A DNA stretch of 32,000 bases, taken from NCBI RefSeq assembly GCF_000186885.1, contig NC_014972.1:2130001-2162000 (forward strand), given 5' to 3'. The notes under the pieces are model-generated. The model was given only the letters and a program-made list of their open reading frames with translations. It ran no database searches and was not told the origin of the DNA. Within the stretch, counting starts at the first letter, position 1. Every line of letters starts with the position of its first letter. The position numbers were made by a program, and so were the translations under genes. This DNA is from Desulfobulbus propionicus DSM 2032. Its GTDB lineage: Bacteria; Desulfobacterota; Desulfobulbia; Desulfobulbales; Desulfobulbaceae. Below, one piece after another: positions 19,354 through 28,549 of this stretch.

Positions 19354-20055
19354 ATGCAATACCGGATAGAGCCTGATACCGCCGCCACCGCCCGCGTCAT
19401 GGATAAAACAGCGAGGAAAAACGCTTCCCAGGCCGCGCGCATCGCCCAGAAAGGACAGTGGAGCAATCCGGGGACGGCGGTAGCCCTCCACCCCAGTTTT
19501 CAGCAATTTCTGGCCGAACAGACCACCCTTCGGGGAACCCAGTCAATCGGGGCGCGCCATGTCCGACCTGCCGCCCCGCAACAGGGTGCCGCTCCGGAAA
19601 TCATCCATACCCTGCGTCAGGGCGAAACCATTTGGGAACTGGCGCGGAAGAAGTACCATGTCGAGCCGGAGGCCATCCTCCGCCTCAACAACATTACCCA
19701 TCCCGGCACACTGCGGGCCGGCCAGCAGATTCGCATTCCTTCCGCAAACAGCGGCGGTTTCGTCGACACCGCCGAGGAAGTGGTGGCCGGCTGGTATGGC
19801 GAATATCACCACGGGCGGCTGATGGCCAATGGCGAGCGGTTCGACATGCACGGCGCCACCATCGCCCACCGCGACATGCCCATGGGCACCCGGGTGGAAC
19901 TGGAAAATCCGCAGACCGGGCAGCGGGTCGAGGCCGTGGTCACCGACCGGGGACCCTACCATCGGGGGCGCGATGTGGACCTCAGCTACGGGTTGGCCGA
20001 ACGTTTATCCCTCACCAGGCAGGGCGTCGGCAACTTGAAGATGCGGGTGCTGTAA
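19354..20055 (+). CDS. LysM + RlpA-type double-psi beta-barrel protein (start could be 19318)
   Basis: LysM HTLRQGETIWELARKKYHVEPEAILRLNNITHPGTLRAGQQIRIP followed by DPBB VAGWYGEYHHGRLMANGERFDMHGATIAHRDMPMGTRVELENPQTGQRVEAVVTDRGPYHRGRDVDLSYGLAERL. Confidence 0.85.
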   Translation: MQYRIEPDTAATARVMDKTARKNASQAARIAQKGQWSNPGTAVALHPSFQQFLAEQTTLRGTQSIGARHVRPAAPQQGAAPEIIHTLRQGETIWELARKKYHVEPEAILRLNNITHPGTLRAGQQIRIPSANSGGFVDTAEEVVAGWYGEYHHGRLMANGERFDMHGATIAHRDMPMGTRVELENPQTGQRVEAVVTDRGPYHRGRDVDLSYGLAERLSLTRQGVGNLKMRVL

Positions 20056-20199
20056 CGCCTTTCCTTTTGGGGTATCCGCCGCGGCTGATGTGTCCACCGA
20101 TCCCCATGCCTTCTCCGGCATGACCGAAATCGCCCTCCCCGGATGCCTTTTATCGTTTTCCTGGTTTTTGCCCCCTCCTCCGTTCGTAGCGGCCACGTG

Positions 20200-21069
20200 T
20201 CAGCGCAGCATCCGGGATCGCGGCTCCCGCGCATACCACACCAACCCTGCCGAGCAACCGGTGATTCCAGCCAGCTCCCAGGGACTGAGCGCCTCGCCCA
20301 GCAACAACCAGGCCAGCAGGGCCGTGGTTACCGGGACAAAGGACATGAACAGGGCCACGGTGATCGTGCCCAAATGGTGGATGGCATAGGCCACGCACAC
20401 CAGGGCGAGCACATTGACGATCACCCCTTGATAAATGGCCTGCAGGGCCATATCGTGGTACGTAGCCGTGGACAGGCCGGAAGGAAAAACAAACCACAAT
20501 GGGGTAAAAATCAGCACGTTGACCACCGGCACGATGACGATCACGTCTCGCCAGCTCATCTGCCATAGGCGGATGCCGGTCATGTGCAGGGTGTAACAGA
20601 GGGCGGCGGCCAAGAGGAGAACGATGCCGGCAACCTGGTCGGGAGAAAACAGCGAACCGCCGGTCATCACCAGGTTGGAGCAAAAAATCAGGCCGATGGC
20701 CGCGTAACGATGGCCCGCGATCCGCTGGCGGAAAAGCAGCCAGGCAGCGACGGCCCCCAGTACCGGCAGCATGCCGTTGACCAGCACCCCGGCATGGGCG
20801 GCACGCAACACCTTGAGTCCGTAAAAGGAGAGCATGGTATAGGGAAACCCCACTCCCAGACCGATGACCAGATACTGCCACAAGCGGGTAGGGGTCCACG
20901 GATAGCGCAGAATCAACGGCGATACCACCAGCGCGGCGGTCCAGTAGCGCAGCAAGGTGATGTCCGCTGGCTGCAAATGGGTATGGACGCCGTGGCGGGA
21001 CAAGGTGATCCACCCCGACCAGATGAGCACCACGGCTAGGCCGGCGAGCGTAGGTTTGATCGCTTTCAT
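20200..21069 (-). CDS. EamA/DMT family transporter
   Basis: 289 aa from MKAIKPTLAGLAVVLIWSGWITLSRHGV..., ten hydrophobic segments in two halves, ends ...LLGEALSPWELAGITGCSAGLVWYAREPRSRMLR. Confidence 0.85.
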   Translation of the reverse strand: MKAIKPTLAGLAVVLIWSGWITLSRHGVHTHLQPADITLLRYWTAALVVSPLILRYPWTPTRLWQYLVIGLGVGFPYTMLSFYGLKVLRAAHAGVLVNGMLPVLGAVAAWLLFRQRIAGHRYAAIGLIFCSNLVMTGGSLFSPDQVAGIVLLLAAALCYTLHMTGIRLWQMSWRDVIVIVPVVNVLIFTPLWFVFPSGLSTATYHDMALQAIYQGVIVNVLALVCVAYAIHHLGTITVALFMSFVPVTTALLAWLLLGEALSPWELAGITGCSAGLVWYAREPRSRMLR

Positions 21070-21153
21070 GGGGGGCAAGCAATACTCCGGAAACGGCGAA
21101 CCCGCAAGGGTTTCATCGACATCGCCCGCAACCGCAACCCAGGAGGGACAAAC

Positions 21154-22755
21154 ATGAGCCGACCACTGACACCCCCCCACGCGCTGGACGCCCTCACCTT
21201 CGACAACCGCTTCACCCGAGCGTTGCCCGCCGATCCACGCAGCGACAACAGCCGCCGCCAAGTCCACCAAGCCTGTTACTCGCGGGTGCGGCCGGTGCAG
21301 GTCAGGGAACCACGCCTGGTTGCCGTTTCCCGCGAAGCGGCCGCCCTGCTTGACCTGACCGAGAACGACTGCCGGTGCGAACGCTTTCTCCAGGTGTTTG
21401 CCGGCAATAGCCTGCTGGCCGGCATGGATCCGCACGCCCTCTGTTACGGCGGCCATCAATTCGGCAACTGGGCCAGGCAGTTGGGCGACGGCCGGGCGAT
21501 CAACCTGGGCGAGGTTGTCAATCGACGCGGCGAGCACTGGACCCTGCAGCTCAAGGGAGCGGGGCCGACTCCCTATTCGCGCAATGCCGATGGTCTGGCG
21601 GTGCTGCGCTCGTCGTTGCGCGAATTTCTCTGCAGCGAGGCCATGTTCCACCTGGGCGTCCCCACCACCCGCGCGCTGAGCCTCATTCTCACCGGTGAAT
21701 CGGTGCTGCGCGACATGTTCTACGACGGCAATCCGGCCCTGGAACCGGGTGCCGTGATCTGCCGCCTGGCTCCCTCCTTTCTTCGCTTCGGCAATTATGA
21801 ACTTCTTGCCGCCCGCGGGGAAACCGCTCTCCTTCGCCAATTGGTCGATTTTACCCTGCGCACTTTTTTCCCCCATCTGGGCGATCCGGGCCCCGCCGCC
21901 TATGGCCGATGGTTTGCGGAGATCTGCCGCACCACCGCGGAGCTGATGGTCCACTGGCTGCGGGTCGGCTTTGTTCACGGGGTGATGAACACCGACAACA
22001 TGTCGATCCTTGGCCTGACCATCGATTACGGTCCTTACGGCTGGCTGGAGGATTACGACCCCACCTGGACCCCGAACACCACCGACGCCATGGGCCGACG
22101 CTACTGCTATGGCCGTCAGCCGCAGATCGCCCACTGGAATCTGGCCCAGTTGGCCACTGCCCTCTCCCCCTTGATCGGCGAAACCGAACCGCTGGAAGAG
22201 GCCCTGCGCGACTACGCCCACCACTTCGAACAGGGCTGGCAGACGATGATGGCGCGCAAATTGGGCTTGCGCGCCTTTGAACCGCACTCCGACCGTCCCC
22301 TGGTGGAAGAGCTGCTGCGCCTGTTGCCCGAAGTGGAAACCGACATGACCCTCTTTTTTCGCCGGCTGGCCATGGTGCCATCCGGTTGCGCCGAGGATCG
22401 TGTGCAACCGTTGCGGGATGCCTTTTACCGACCCGAGCAACTGACCGAGCCATACCGCCAGCGCTTACACGGCTGGATCGAACGTTACCGCCAGCGATTG
22501 CAGCGCGACAATCTGCCCGATGCGGAGCGCTGCCGGCGAATGAACGCGGTCAACCCCAAATACGTGCTGCGTAACTATCTGGCGCAACTGGCCATCGACA
22601 AGATCATGGAAGGCGAGTATTCCCTGGTGGAGGAGATGCTCGAGGTGCTGCGTCACCCCTATGACGAACAACCGGGCAGGGAATGGTTTGCCGAGAAACG
22701 GCCCGAGTGGGCCCGCCACCGGCCAGGGTGCTCGATGTTGTCGTGCAGTTCCTGA
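21154..22755 (+). CDS. selO: SelO/YdiU family protein adenylyltransferase (pseudokinase fold), Cys form
   Basis: 533 aa; YGGHQFGNWARQLGDGRAINLGEV, LQLKGAGPTPYSRNADGLAVLRSSLREFLCSEAMFHLGVPTTRALSL, GFVHGVMNTDNMSILGLTIDYGPYGWLEDYDP, C-terminus GCSMLSCSS; SD aggaggg. Confidence 0.95.
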   Translation: MSRPLTPPHALDALTFDNRFTRALPADPRSDNSRRQVHQACYSRVRPVQVREPRLVAVSREAAALLDLTENDCRCERFLQVFAGNSLLAGMDPHALCYGGHQFGNWARQLGDGRAINLGEVVNRRGEHWTLQLKGAGPTPYSRNADGLAVLRSSLREFLCSEAMFHLGVPTTRALSLILTGESVLRDMFYDGNPALEPGAVICRLAPSFLRFGNYELLAARGETALLRQLVDFTLRTFFPHLGDPGPAAYGRWFAEICRTTAELMVHWLRVGFVHGVMNTDNMSILGLTIDYGPYGWLEDYDPTWTPNTTDAMGRRYCYGRQPQIAHWNLAQLATALSPLIGETEPLEEALRDYAHHFEQGWQTMMARKLGLRAFEPHSDRPLVEELLRLLPEVETDMTLFFRRLAMVPSGCAEDRVQPLRDAFYRPEQLTEPYRQRLHGWIERYRQRLQRDNLPDAERCRRMNAVNPKYVLRNYLAQLAIDKIMEGEYSLVEEMLEVLRHPYDEQPGREWFAEKRPEWARHRPGCSMLSCSS

Positions 22756-22895
22756 ACGCCTCTCCGGCGTCGCAGCCGCAGTTTTCTTTTCCGGTCGAAA
22801 AGCGCACGAGCAGGCGCCGTTGTCAAGGGACACGCTCGACTAGGAGCTGACAGGAAAGGGTAAAACCAATGCCATACTCTTTTTCAGGAGGAACC

Positions 22896-23537
22896 ATGAA
22901 CACCACGCCGTGCTGGCAGGCGGTTTTCTTTGATTTTGACGGCGTCATCGCCGATTCCACCGAGGTCAAGGTCCGGGCCTTTTCCGCCCTCTTCGCCCCC
23001 CACGGCCCGACGGTGCAGCGGCAAGTAGTCCGCTATCACCTGGACAACGGCGGCATGCCCCGGCACGCGAAGTTACGCCATTGTTTCGAGGCCTTTGTCG
23101 GCCGCACCATTGACGATAGCGAACTGGATCGCCTAGGCCGAACCTTCTCGGCCCTGGTGCTCGACGAGGTGGTGGCTGCCCCCCAGATTGCCGGTGCCCT
23201 CGAAGCCTTGCGGCAGCTCAAGCAGGCCGCCATTCCAGCCTTTGTCGTCTCCGGTACCCCGGAAGAGGAGATGCGCCTGATCGTCAGCCGCAAGGGGTTG
23301 GCGCCCTTGTTCACCGAGGTTCACGGTTCCCCACGGACCAAAAGCGAGATTGTTGCCGACATCCTTGACCGTCATGGCCTTGCTGGGCCGCGCTGCCTGT
23401 TCATCGGCGATGCACTGGCCGATTACCGTGCCGCCGAGTCCACCGGCCTGAGCTTTCTGGGCATCGTGCCCCAGGGGCAGCCTTCGATCTTTCCCGCCGA
23501 CGTGCCGATCAGTTCGGAGGTGCTCCTCGACTGGTAG
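22896..23537 (+). CDS. HAD-superfamily hydrolase (phosphatase / beta-phosphoglucomutase-like)
   Basis: ATG at 22896 preceded by aggagg; MNTTPCWQAVFFDFDGVIADSTEVKV...FVVSGTPEEEMRLIV...CLFIGDALADYRAAESTGLSFLGI. Confidence 0.88.
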   Translation: MNTTPCWQAVFFDFDGVIADSTEVKVRAFSALFAPHGPTVQRQVVRYHLDNGGMPRHAKLRHCFEAFVGRTIDDSELDRLGRTFSALVLDEVVAAPQIAGALEALRQLKQAAIPAFVVSGTPEEEMRLIVSRKGLAPLFTEVHGSPRTKSEIVADILDRHGLAGPRCLFIGDALADYRAAESTGLSFLGIVPQGQPSIFPADVPISSEVLLDW

Positions 23538-23594
23538 CGGCAGCGCGCCACTTCCCCACCTCCGTCAGGGTATTCGGCCCCCATGAGGTTCGTC

Positions 23595-23623
23595 TTGACA
23601 GGGGGTGTTTCTTCCTCTATAGA
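23595..23623 (+). promoter_or_regulatory. Predicted sigma70-type promoter for the thiM operon (TTGACA-17 nt-TATAGA)
   Basis: TTGACA at 23595-23600, 17 nt spacer, TATAGA at 23618-23623, in the intergenic region upstream of thiM. Confidence 0.6.
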
Positions 23624-23754
23624 CAGGGCTTGATTCAATTTTTCTATCGAACCACAGGCCGGCGGCACCCCTGGGTTTCAGTCCGGGGGCACCTTGTTGT
23701 CCGCTCCCGTCGCCCTGATGCCACGTGTGTTCTCTTCATCGTCAGAGGTCGTCC

Positions 23755-24561
23755 ATGTCCGCACTTGCCGGCAAAATCGCCGAAAACCTCAACAAGATCA
23801 GGGCAACCCAGCCGTTGATCCATAACATCACCAATTTCGTGGTGATGAACTTCACCGCCAACGTGCTCCTGGCCAGCGGTGCATCGCCGGTCATGGCCCA
23901 TGCCGACAACGAGGCGGAAGAGATGGTGGAGCATGCCGGTGCCCTGGTGCTGAACATCGGTACCCTGACCGACGCCTGGGTGGGGGCGATGATCCGGGCC
24001 GGACGCAAGGCCTCGGAACTGGGCAAGCCGATCATCCTCGACCCCGTGGGTGCGGGGGCCACCAGCTTGCGGACCAACGCCGCGAGAGCGATCCTCGCCC
24101 AGACCTGGGTGAGCGTGATTCGGGGAAACACCTCGGAAATCCTTTCCCTGGCCGGCCAGGACTCGATCACCAAGGGAGTGGACGCCACCCATGCCCTGAC
24201 CGATGTCAGCGAAACCGCCCCTCTCCTGGCCCGCGAACTCGGCACCACCCTGGCCGTCACTGGGCCGATCGATCTGGTTACCGACGGACGACGCAGCCTG
24301 ATCATTGAAGGCGGTCATTCGCTCATGCCCCGGATCACCGGGACCGGCTGCGCGGCCACGGCCCTGGTCGGCGCCTTTCACGCGGTGGACAAGGATCCGG
24401 TCTCCGCGGCGGCCACGGCGCTTGCCTTTTTTGCCGTCGCCGGCGAGGCGGCGGGCGCCCAGGCCCAGGGACCGGGCAGCTTCGTGATCCATCTGCTCGA
24501 CGCCCTGTACAGCCTCAGCCCAGAGGAAGTGGAGGCGCGCTGCCGTATCCGGCAGGGGTAG
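23755..24561 (+). CDS. thiM: Hydroxyethylthiazole kinase (start 23755; longer ORF begins at 23725)
   Basis: PLIHNITNFVVMNFTANVLLASGASPVMAHADNEAEEM...PIILDPVGAGATSLRT...VIRGNTSEI...ITGTGCAATALVGAF. Confidence 0.95.
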   Translation: MSALAGKIAENLNKIRATQPLIHNITNFVVMNFTANVLLASGASPVMAHADNEAEEMVEHAGALVLNIGTLTDAWVGAMIRAGRKASELGKPIILDPVGAGATSLRTNAARAILAQTWVSVIRGNTSEILSLAGQDSITKGVDATHALTDVSETAPLLARELGTTLAVTGPIDLVTDGRRSLIIEGGHSLMPRITGTGCAATALVGAFHAVDKDPVSAAATALAFFAVAGEAAGAQAQGPGSFVIHLLDALYSLSPEEVEARCRIRQG

Positions 24562-24564
24562 ACT

Positions 24565-25221
24565 TTGATCGACTATTCGCTCTACCTGGTGACCGATCGG
24601 CACCTTTCCCTGGGCCGGGACACGGTCGACATCGTCCAGGCCGCCATCCGCGGCGGCATCACCTGCGTGCAGTTGCGAGAGAAACACGGTTCCACCCGCC
24701 AGTTCATCGAGGAAGCGCGACAGGTCAGAAACCTGCTGGATTGCCTGGCGAGCACCATTCCGCTGATCATCAACGACCGGGTGGATGTGGCCTTGGCGAC
24801 CGGTGCGGACGGGGTGCATCTCGGCCAACGCGACATGGACATCCGCGATGCCCGGCGACTGGCCGGATCGTCGCTGCTCATCGGCATCTCCGTGGAATCG
24901 GTGGATGACGCGGTGCGGGCCGAGGCCGAAGGTGCCGATTATGTTGGGGTCAGCCCGGTGTTCGCCACCCCGACCAAAAGCGATACCGCGCCGCCGCTCG
25001 GCCTGGCGGGCATCCAGGCTATCCGCGCCGCCGTGTCCCTGCCGCTGGTGGCCATCGGCGGCATCAATGCCGATAATGCGGCGGCGATCATTCGCGCCGG
25101 CGCCGACGGAGTGGCGGTGGTTTCGGCCATTGTCAGCGCCGCCTGTCCCGCACAGGCGGCACGCACGTTGAAAGAACAGATCAGCTCAGTCAAAGGGGGA
25201 GGGCGTCATGGCAATCAATAA
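24565..25221 (+). CDS. thiE: Thiamine-phosphate synthase (TTG start)
   Basis: SLYLVTDRHLSLGRDTVDIVQAAIRGGITCVQLREKHGSTRQF...LIINDRVDVALATGADGVHLGQRDM...LLIGISVESVDDA...ADYVGVSPVFATPTKSDTAPPLGLAGI. Confidence 0.95.
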   Translation: MIDYSLYLVTDRHLSLGRDTVDIVQAAIRGGITCVQLREKHGSTRQFIEEARQVRNLLDCLASTIPLIINDRVDVALATGADGVHLGQRDMDIRDARRLAGSSLLIGISVESVDDAVRAEAEGADYVGVSPVFATPTKSDTAPPLGLAGIQAIRAAVSLPLVAIGGINADNAAAIIRAGADGVAVVSAIVSAACPAQAARTLKEQISSVKGGGRHGNQ

Positions 25222-26023
25222 AGTCTATCGCCGGGTTCTGACCATCGCCGGTTCAGACAGCGGCGGCGGGGCCGGTATCCAGGCCGATCTGAAAACCATT
25301 GCCGCCAACGGCTGTTACGGCATGAGCGTGATCACCGCCCTGACCGCACAAAACACTCTCGGCGTCACCGCCATCCACGCGGTGCCGGTGGAGTTCGTCG
25401 CCGCCCAGATGGAGGCGGTGCTTTCCGATATTGGCGTCGATGCGGTCAAGATCGGCATGCTCTTTTCGCCGGAGCTGATCCGAACCGTGGCGGAAAATTT
25501 GCGCAAATTCAACATCCGCACCATTGTCCTTGACCCGGTGATGGTGGCCCAGAGCGGCGACAAGCTGCTCCAGGACGAGGCCATCGACGCGCTCAAACAG
25601 CACCTCATCCCCATGGCGGCGCTGATCACCCCCAACCTGCCCGAGGCTTCGGTCCTGCTCGGCCGCGACACCTTTACCCATGCGGCCATCGAACAAGCGG
25701 CCGTTGAACTGGCGGCCATGGGTTGCGCCAATGTGTTGATCAAGGGTGGTCACCTGGAGGGCGGCGACAGCAACGATTGCCTCTATCTTGGCAAGCAAGG
25801 ACGAACGGTCATCCTCCCGGGCGAGCGTATCGCCACCCGCAACAACCATGGCACCGGCTGCACGCTCAGTTCCGCCATCGCCGCCTTCATCGCCCGGGGA
25901 GCAGGGATTGAAGACGCGGTGCGCCTGGCCAAGGACTACATCACCGGTGCCATTCGCGCCGGCGCCGAGTACACCATCGGCCACGGCCACGGACCGGTGC
26001 ATCATTTCTTCCGCTTTTTCTGA
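25208..26023 (+). CDS. thiD: Bifunctional hydroxymethylpyrimidine kinase/phosphomethylpyrimidine kinase
   Basis: VLTIAGSDSGGGAGIQADLKTIAANGCYGMSVITALTAQNTLGV...KIGMLFSPELI...DPVMVAQSGDKLL...GTGCTLSSAIAAFIARG. Confidence 0.96.
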   Translation: MAINKVYRRVLTIAGSDSGGGAGIQADLKTIAANGCYGMSVITALTAQNTLGVTAIHAVPVEFVAAQMEAVLSDIGVDAVKIGMLFSPELIRTVAENLRKFNIRTIVLDPVMVAQSGDKLLQDEAIDALKQHLIPMAALITPNLPEASVLLGRDTFTHAAIEQAAVELAAMGCANVLIKGGHLEGGDSNDCLYLGKQGRTVILPGERIATRNNHGTGCTLSSAIAAFIARGAGIEDAVRLAKDYITGAIRAGAEYTIGHGHGPVHHFFRFF

Positions 26024-26033
26024 AACCGACCAG

Positions 26034-26786
26034 ATGGCTGCGCATCCCGCTCCGGCCATCGTCGTCGACCGGGTCAGTCTCGACTTTGCCGGCAAACCGC
26101 TGTTCCAGGATTTATCGCTGCAACTGCCCGGCGGCCGAACCACCTGCATCCTCGGCCCCAGCGGCTGCGGCAAATCGACCCTGCTCAAGCTGATCGCCGG
26201 TTCGACCGCCCTGCCCGCCAGCGGCGAGATCCGTTTTGAACCTCTTCCAGTGGCAGACACGCTGCCGGTAGCCTGGATGGGACAGAACGACCTGCTGCTC
26301 CCCTGGCTGCCGTTGGTGGACAATGTGCTGCTCGGTGCCCGCCTGCGTCATGAACTGTCTGACAGCCTGCGCCAGCAGGCCCTCCAGCTGATCCACGAAG
26401 CAGGTCTGGCCGGCTATGAACAGGCCCTGCCCCGATCCCTGTCTGGCGGCATGCGCCAGCGCGGCGCCTTGCTCCGCACCCTGATGGAACAGCGTCCGGT
26501 GCTGCTGATGGATGAACCCTTCTCGGCCCTCGATGCCCTCACCCGGATGCGGCTGCAAAACCTCGCTGCCCGGCTGACCGCCGGGGCCACCGTGGTCCTC
26601 GTCACCCATGATCCGCTCGAGGCCCTGCGCCTGGGCGACCTGATCGTGGTCCTGGCCGGTTCGCCGGTACGGGTGGCCGAGATCCTTAAACCCAACGGCC
26701 GTCCGCCGCGCGAACCGGATGATCCGGCGCTGGCCCTCCAGCATGGGCAACTGCTCCGGCTGCTGATGCAGGGAGAAGACGCATGA
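26034..26786 (+). CDS. ABC transporter ATP-binding protein (ThiZ/SsuB/TauB-like; probable pyrimidine/thiamine precursor uptake)
   Basis: Walker A GPSGCGKSTLLKLI, signature LSGGMRQRGALLR, Walker B VLLMDEPFSALD; in-frame ATG at 26034; located between thiD and a permease. Confidence 0.9.
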   Translation: MAAHPAPAIVVDRVSLDFAGKPLFQDLSLQLPGGRTTCILGPSGCGKSTLLKLIAGSTALPASGEIRFEPLPVADTLPVAWMGQNDLLLPWLPLVDNVLLGARLRHELSDSLRQQALQLIHEAGLAGYEQALPRSLSGGMRQRGALLRTLMEQRPVLLMDEPFSALDALTRMRLQNLAARLTAGATVVLVTHDPLEALRLGDLIVVLAGSPVRVAEILKPNGRPPREPDDPALALQHGQLLRLLMQGEDA

Positions 26787-27538
26787 ACAAGGGACTGCGC
26801 CTGGGCATCCTCGCCGCCGGCCTGTTGCTGCTGTGGCAGCTGCTGGTCAGCCTCAGCGGCGTGCCGCCCTATATCCTTCCCGGCCCCCTGCCGGTGGCCA
26901 GGGCCTTGGCCATCCACCTGCCGGTACTCGGCCCCCATCTCGTCACCACCTTGACCGAGATCGTGCTCGGTCTGTTGCTCGGCACCGTGCTGGGCACCTC
27001 CACCGCCCTGGCCATGATCGTCTCGCCCCTGCTCAAGCGGTGGATGCTGCCGATTCTGGTGATCAGCCAGGCGATTCCGGTCTTTGCCCTGGCGCCGGTG
27101 CTGGTGCTGTGGTTCGGCTACGGCATGGGTTCAAAGGTTGTCATGGCGGTGCTGATCATCTACTTTCCGGTGACCGCCTCCTTTTACGGCGGCATGCGGC
27201 GCACCGATCCAGACCTGCTTGAGCTGGCGCGGATCATGGGCGCCCGTCCCCTGGCCGTGCTGCGCACCATCGTCATCCCCGCCGCCCTGCCCGCCTTTGC
27301 CTCGGGGGTGCGCGTGGCCACGGCGGTGGCGCCGATCGGCGCGGTGGTCGGCGAATGGGTCGGGTCCAGCGCCGGTCTTGGCTTTCTCATGCTTCATGCC
27401 AACGGACGGATGCAGATTGACCTGATGTTCGCCGCGCTCACCCTGCTTGCCGTCGTCTCCCTCGCGCTTTATTTTTGCATTGACCGTCTGCTCGACAGAC
27501 TCATCTACTGGCAACCCAACCAAGGAACATCGTTATGA
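26783..27538 (+). CDS. ABC transporter permease (ThiX/SsuC-like)
   Basis: 251 aa polytopic, EAA-loop region LELARIMGARPLAVLRTIVIPAALPAFASGVRVATAVAPIGAVVGEW; ATGA overlap with upstream gene. Confidence 0.9.
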   Translation: MNKGLRLGILAAGLLLLWQLLVSLSGVPPYILPGPLPVARALAIHLPVLGPHLVTTLTEIVLGLLLGTVLGTSTALAMIVSPLLKRWMLPILVISQAIPVFALAPVLVLWFGYGMGSKVVMAVLIIYFPVTASFYGGMRRTDPDLLELARIMGARPLAVLRTIVIPAALPAFASGVRVATAVAPIGAVVGEWVGSSAGLGFLMLHANGRMQIDLMFAALTLLAVVSLALYFCIDRLLDRLIYWQPNQGTSL

Positions 27539-28485
27539 ACAAGATCTGTCTCTGCCTCGTGGCGTTGCTCTGTGCCGCGCACCTTTCGGCAATGCCGGCA
27601 CGGGCAACGGAAAAACTGACCGTGCTGCTCGACTGGTTCGTCAACCCCGACCACGCGCCGCTCTATGTGGCCATGGAAAAAGGCTTTTTCAAGAACAAGG
27701 GACTGGAGGTCGAACTGATCGCCCCCTCCAATCCCAACGACCCGCCCAAGCTGGTGGCCGCCGGCAAGGCCGATATCGCCGTCTCCTACCAGCACCAGCA
27801 TCAGATGCAGATCGACCAGGGGCTGCCGCTAGTGCGCATCGCCACCCTGATCGCCACCCCGCTCAACTCACTGGTGGTGCTGGCCGACGGTCCGATCAAG
27901 ACCTTAGCCGATCTCAAGGGCAAGACCATCGGCTACTCGGTGGGCGGTTTCGAAACCGCGCTGCTTAAAGTGATGCTGGAAAAGGAAGGACTCAAACTCA
28001 CGGATGTCAAGCTGGTCAACGTCAACTTCTCGCTCTCGCCCTCGCTGTTTACCGGCCAAGCCGACGGCGTGATCGGTGCCTTCCGCAACTTCGAGCTCAA
28101 CCAGATGGCTATCGAGAAACGGCCGGGCCGGGCCTTCCTGGTCGAGGAATACGGCGTGCCCGCCTACGACGAACTGATTCTGGTGGCCAACACCAAGGCG
28201 GTGAGCGAACCGAAGATGCGCCGCTTCGTCGATGCCCTGGAGGAGGGGGTGCAATATCTGATCAATCATCCGGAAGAGAGTTGGCAGCTGTTTGTCGGCC
28301 ACGGACGGGAAAACCTGGATGACGAACTCAATCGCCGCGCCTGGAAGGACACCCTGCCCCGCTTTGCCCTGCGGCCGGGCGCGCTGGACAAGAATCGCTA
28401 CAACCGTTTCGCCGCCTTCCTCCAGAAAGAACAAATCGTCACCAAGGTGCCGGCACTGGACACCTGGGCGGTGGAACTGCCGTAG
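27535..28485 (+). CDS. NMT1/THI5-like substrate-binding protein (ThiY-like)
   Basis: Signal peptide (LCLVALLCAAHLSAMPARA), LTVLLDWFVNPDHAPLYVAMEKGFFKNKGLEVELIAPSNPNDPPKLVAAGKADIAVSYQHQH; operonic with the ABC permease and thi genes. Confidence 0.9.
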   Translation: MNKICLCLVALLCAAHLSAMPARATEKLTVLLDWFVNPDHAPLYVAMEKGFFKNKGLEVELIAPSNPNDPPKLVAAGKADIAVSYQHQHQMQIDQGLPLVRIATLIATPLNSLVVLADGPIKTLADLKGKTIGYSVGGFETALLKVMLEKEGLKLTDVKLVNVNFSLSPSLFTGQADGVIGAFRNFELNQMAIEKRPGRAFLVEEYGVPAYDELILVANTKAVSEPKMRRFVDALEEGVQYLINHPEESWQLFVGHGRENLDDELNRRAWKDTLPRFALRPGALDKNRYNRFAAFLQKEQIVTKVPALDTWAVELP

Positions 28486-28549
28486 ACAGCACCGCATCGC
28501 TGCATCGGCCGTCCGGGGACGATCGACCGCCGGCAAGGAAGGGAGCCAC

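Noticed and set aside
17802-19466. 554 aa minus-strand ORF across the MFS gene
   Set aside because: Antisense shadow ORF; the MFS product on the plus strand has a good SD and full domain.
20105-20122. Terminator between rlpA-like gene and EamA transporter (CATGCC-ttctcc-GGCATG)
   Set aside because: Short 6 bp stem with no T-tract on either side.
21154-22755. Possible Sec codon or truncation at the C-terminus of SelO
   Set aside because: The C-terminus reads GCSMLSCSS followed by TGA, which matches the normal Cys-containing bacterial ending; no internal TGA needs recoding.
23538-23754. TPP riboswitch upstream of thiM
   Set aside because: Conserved CUGAGA and ACCUGAU...GCGUAGGG elements are not visible on either strand; only an unrelated hairpin is present.
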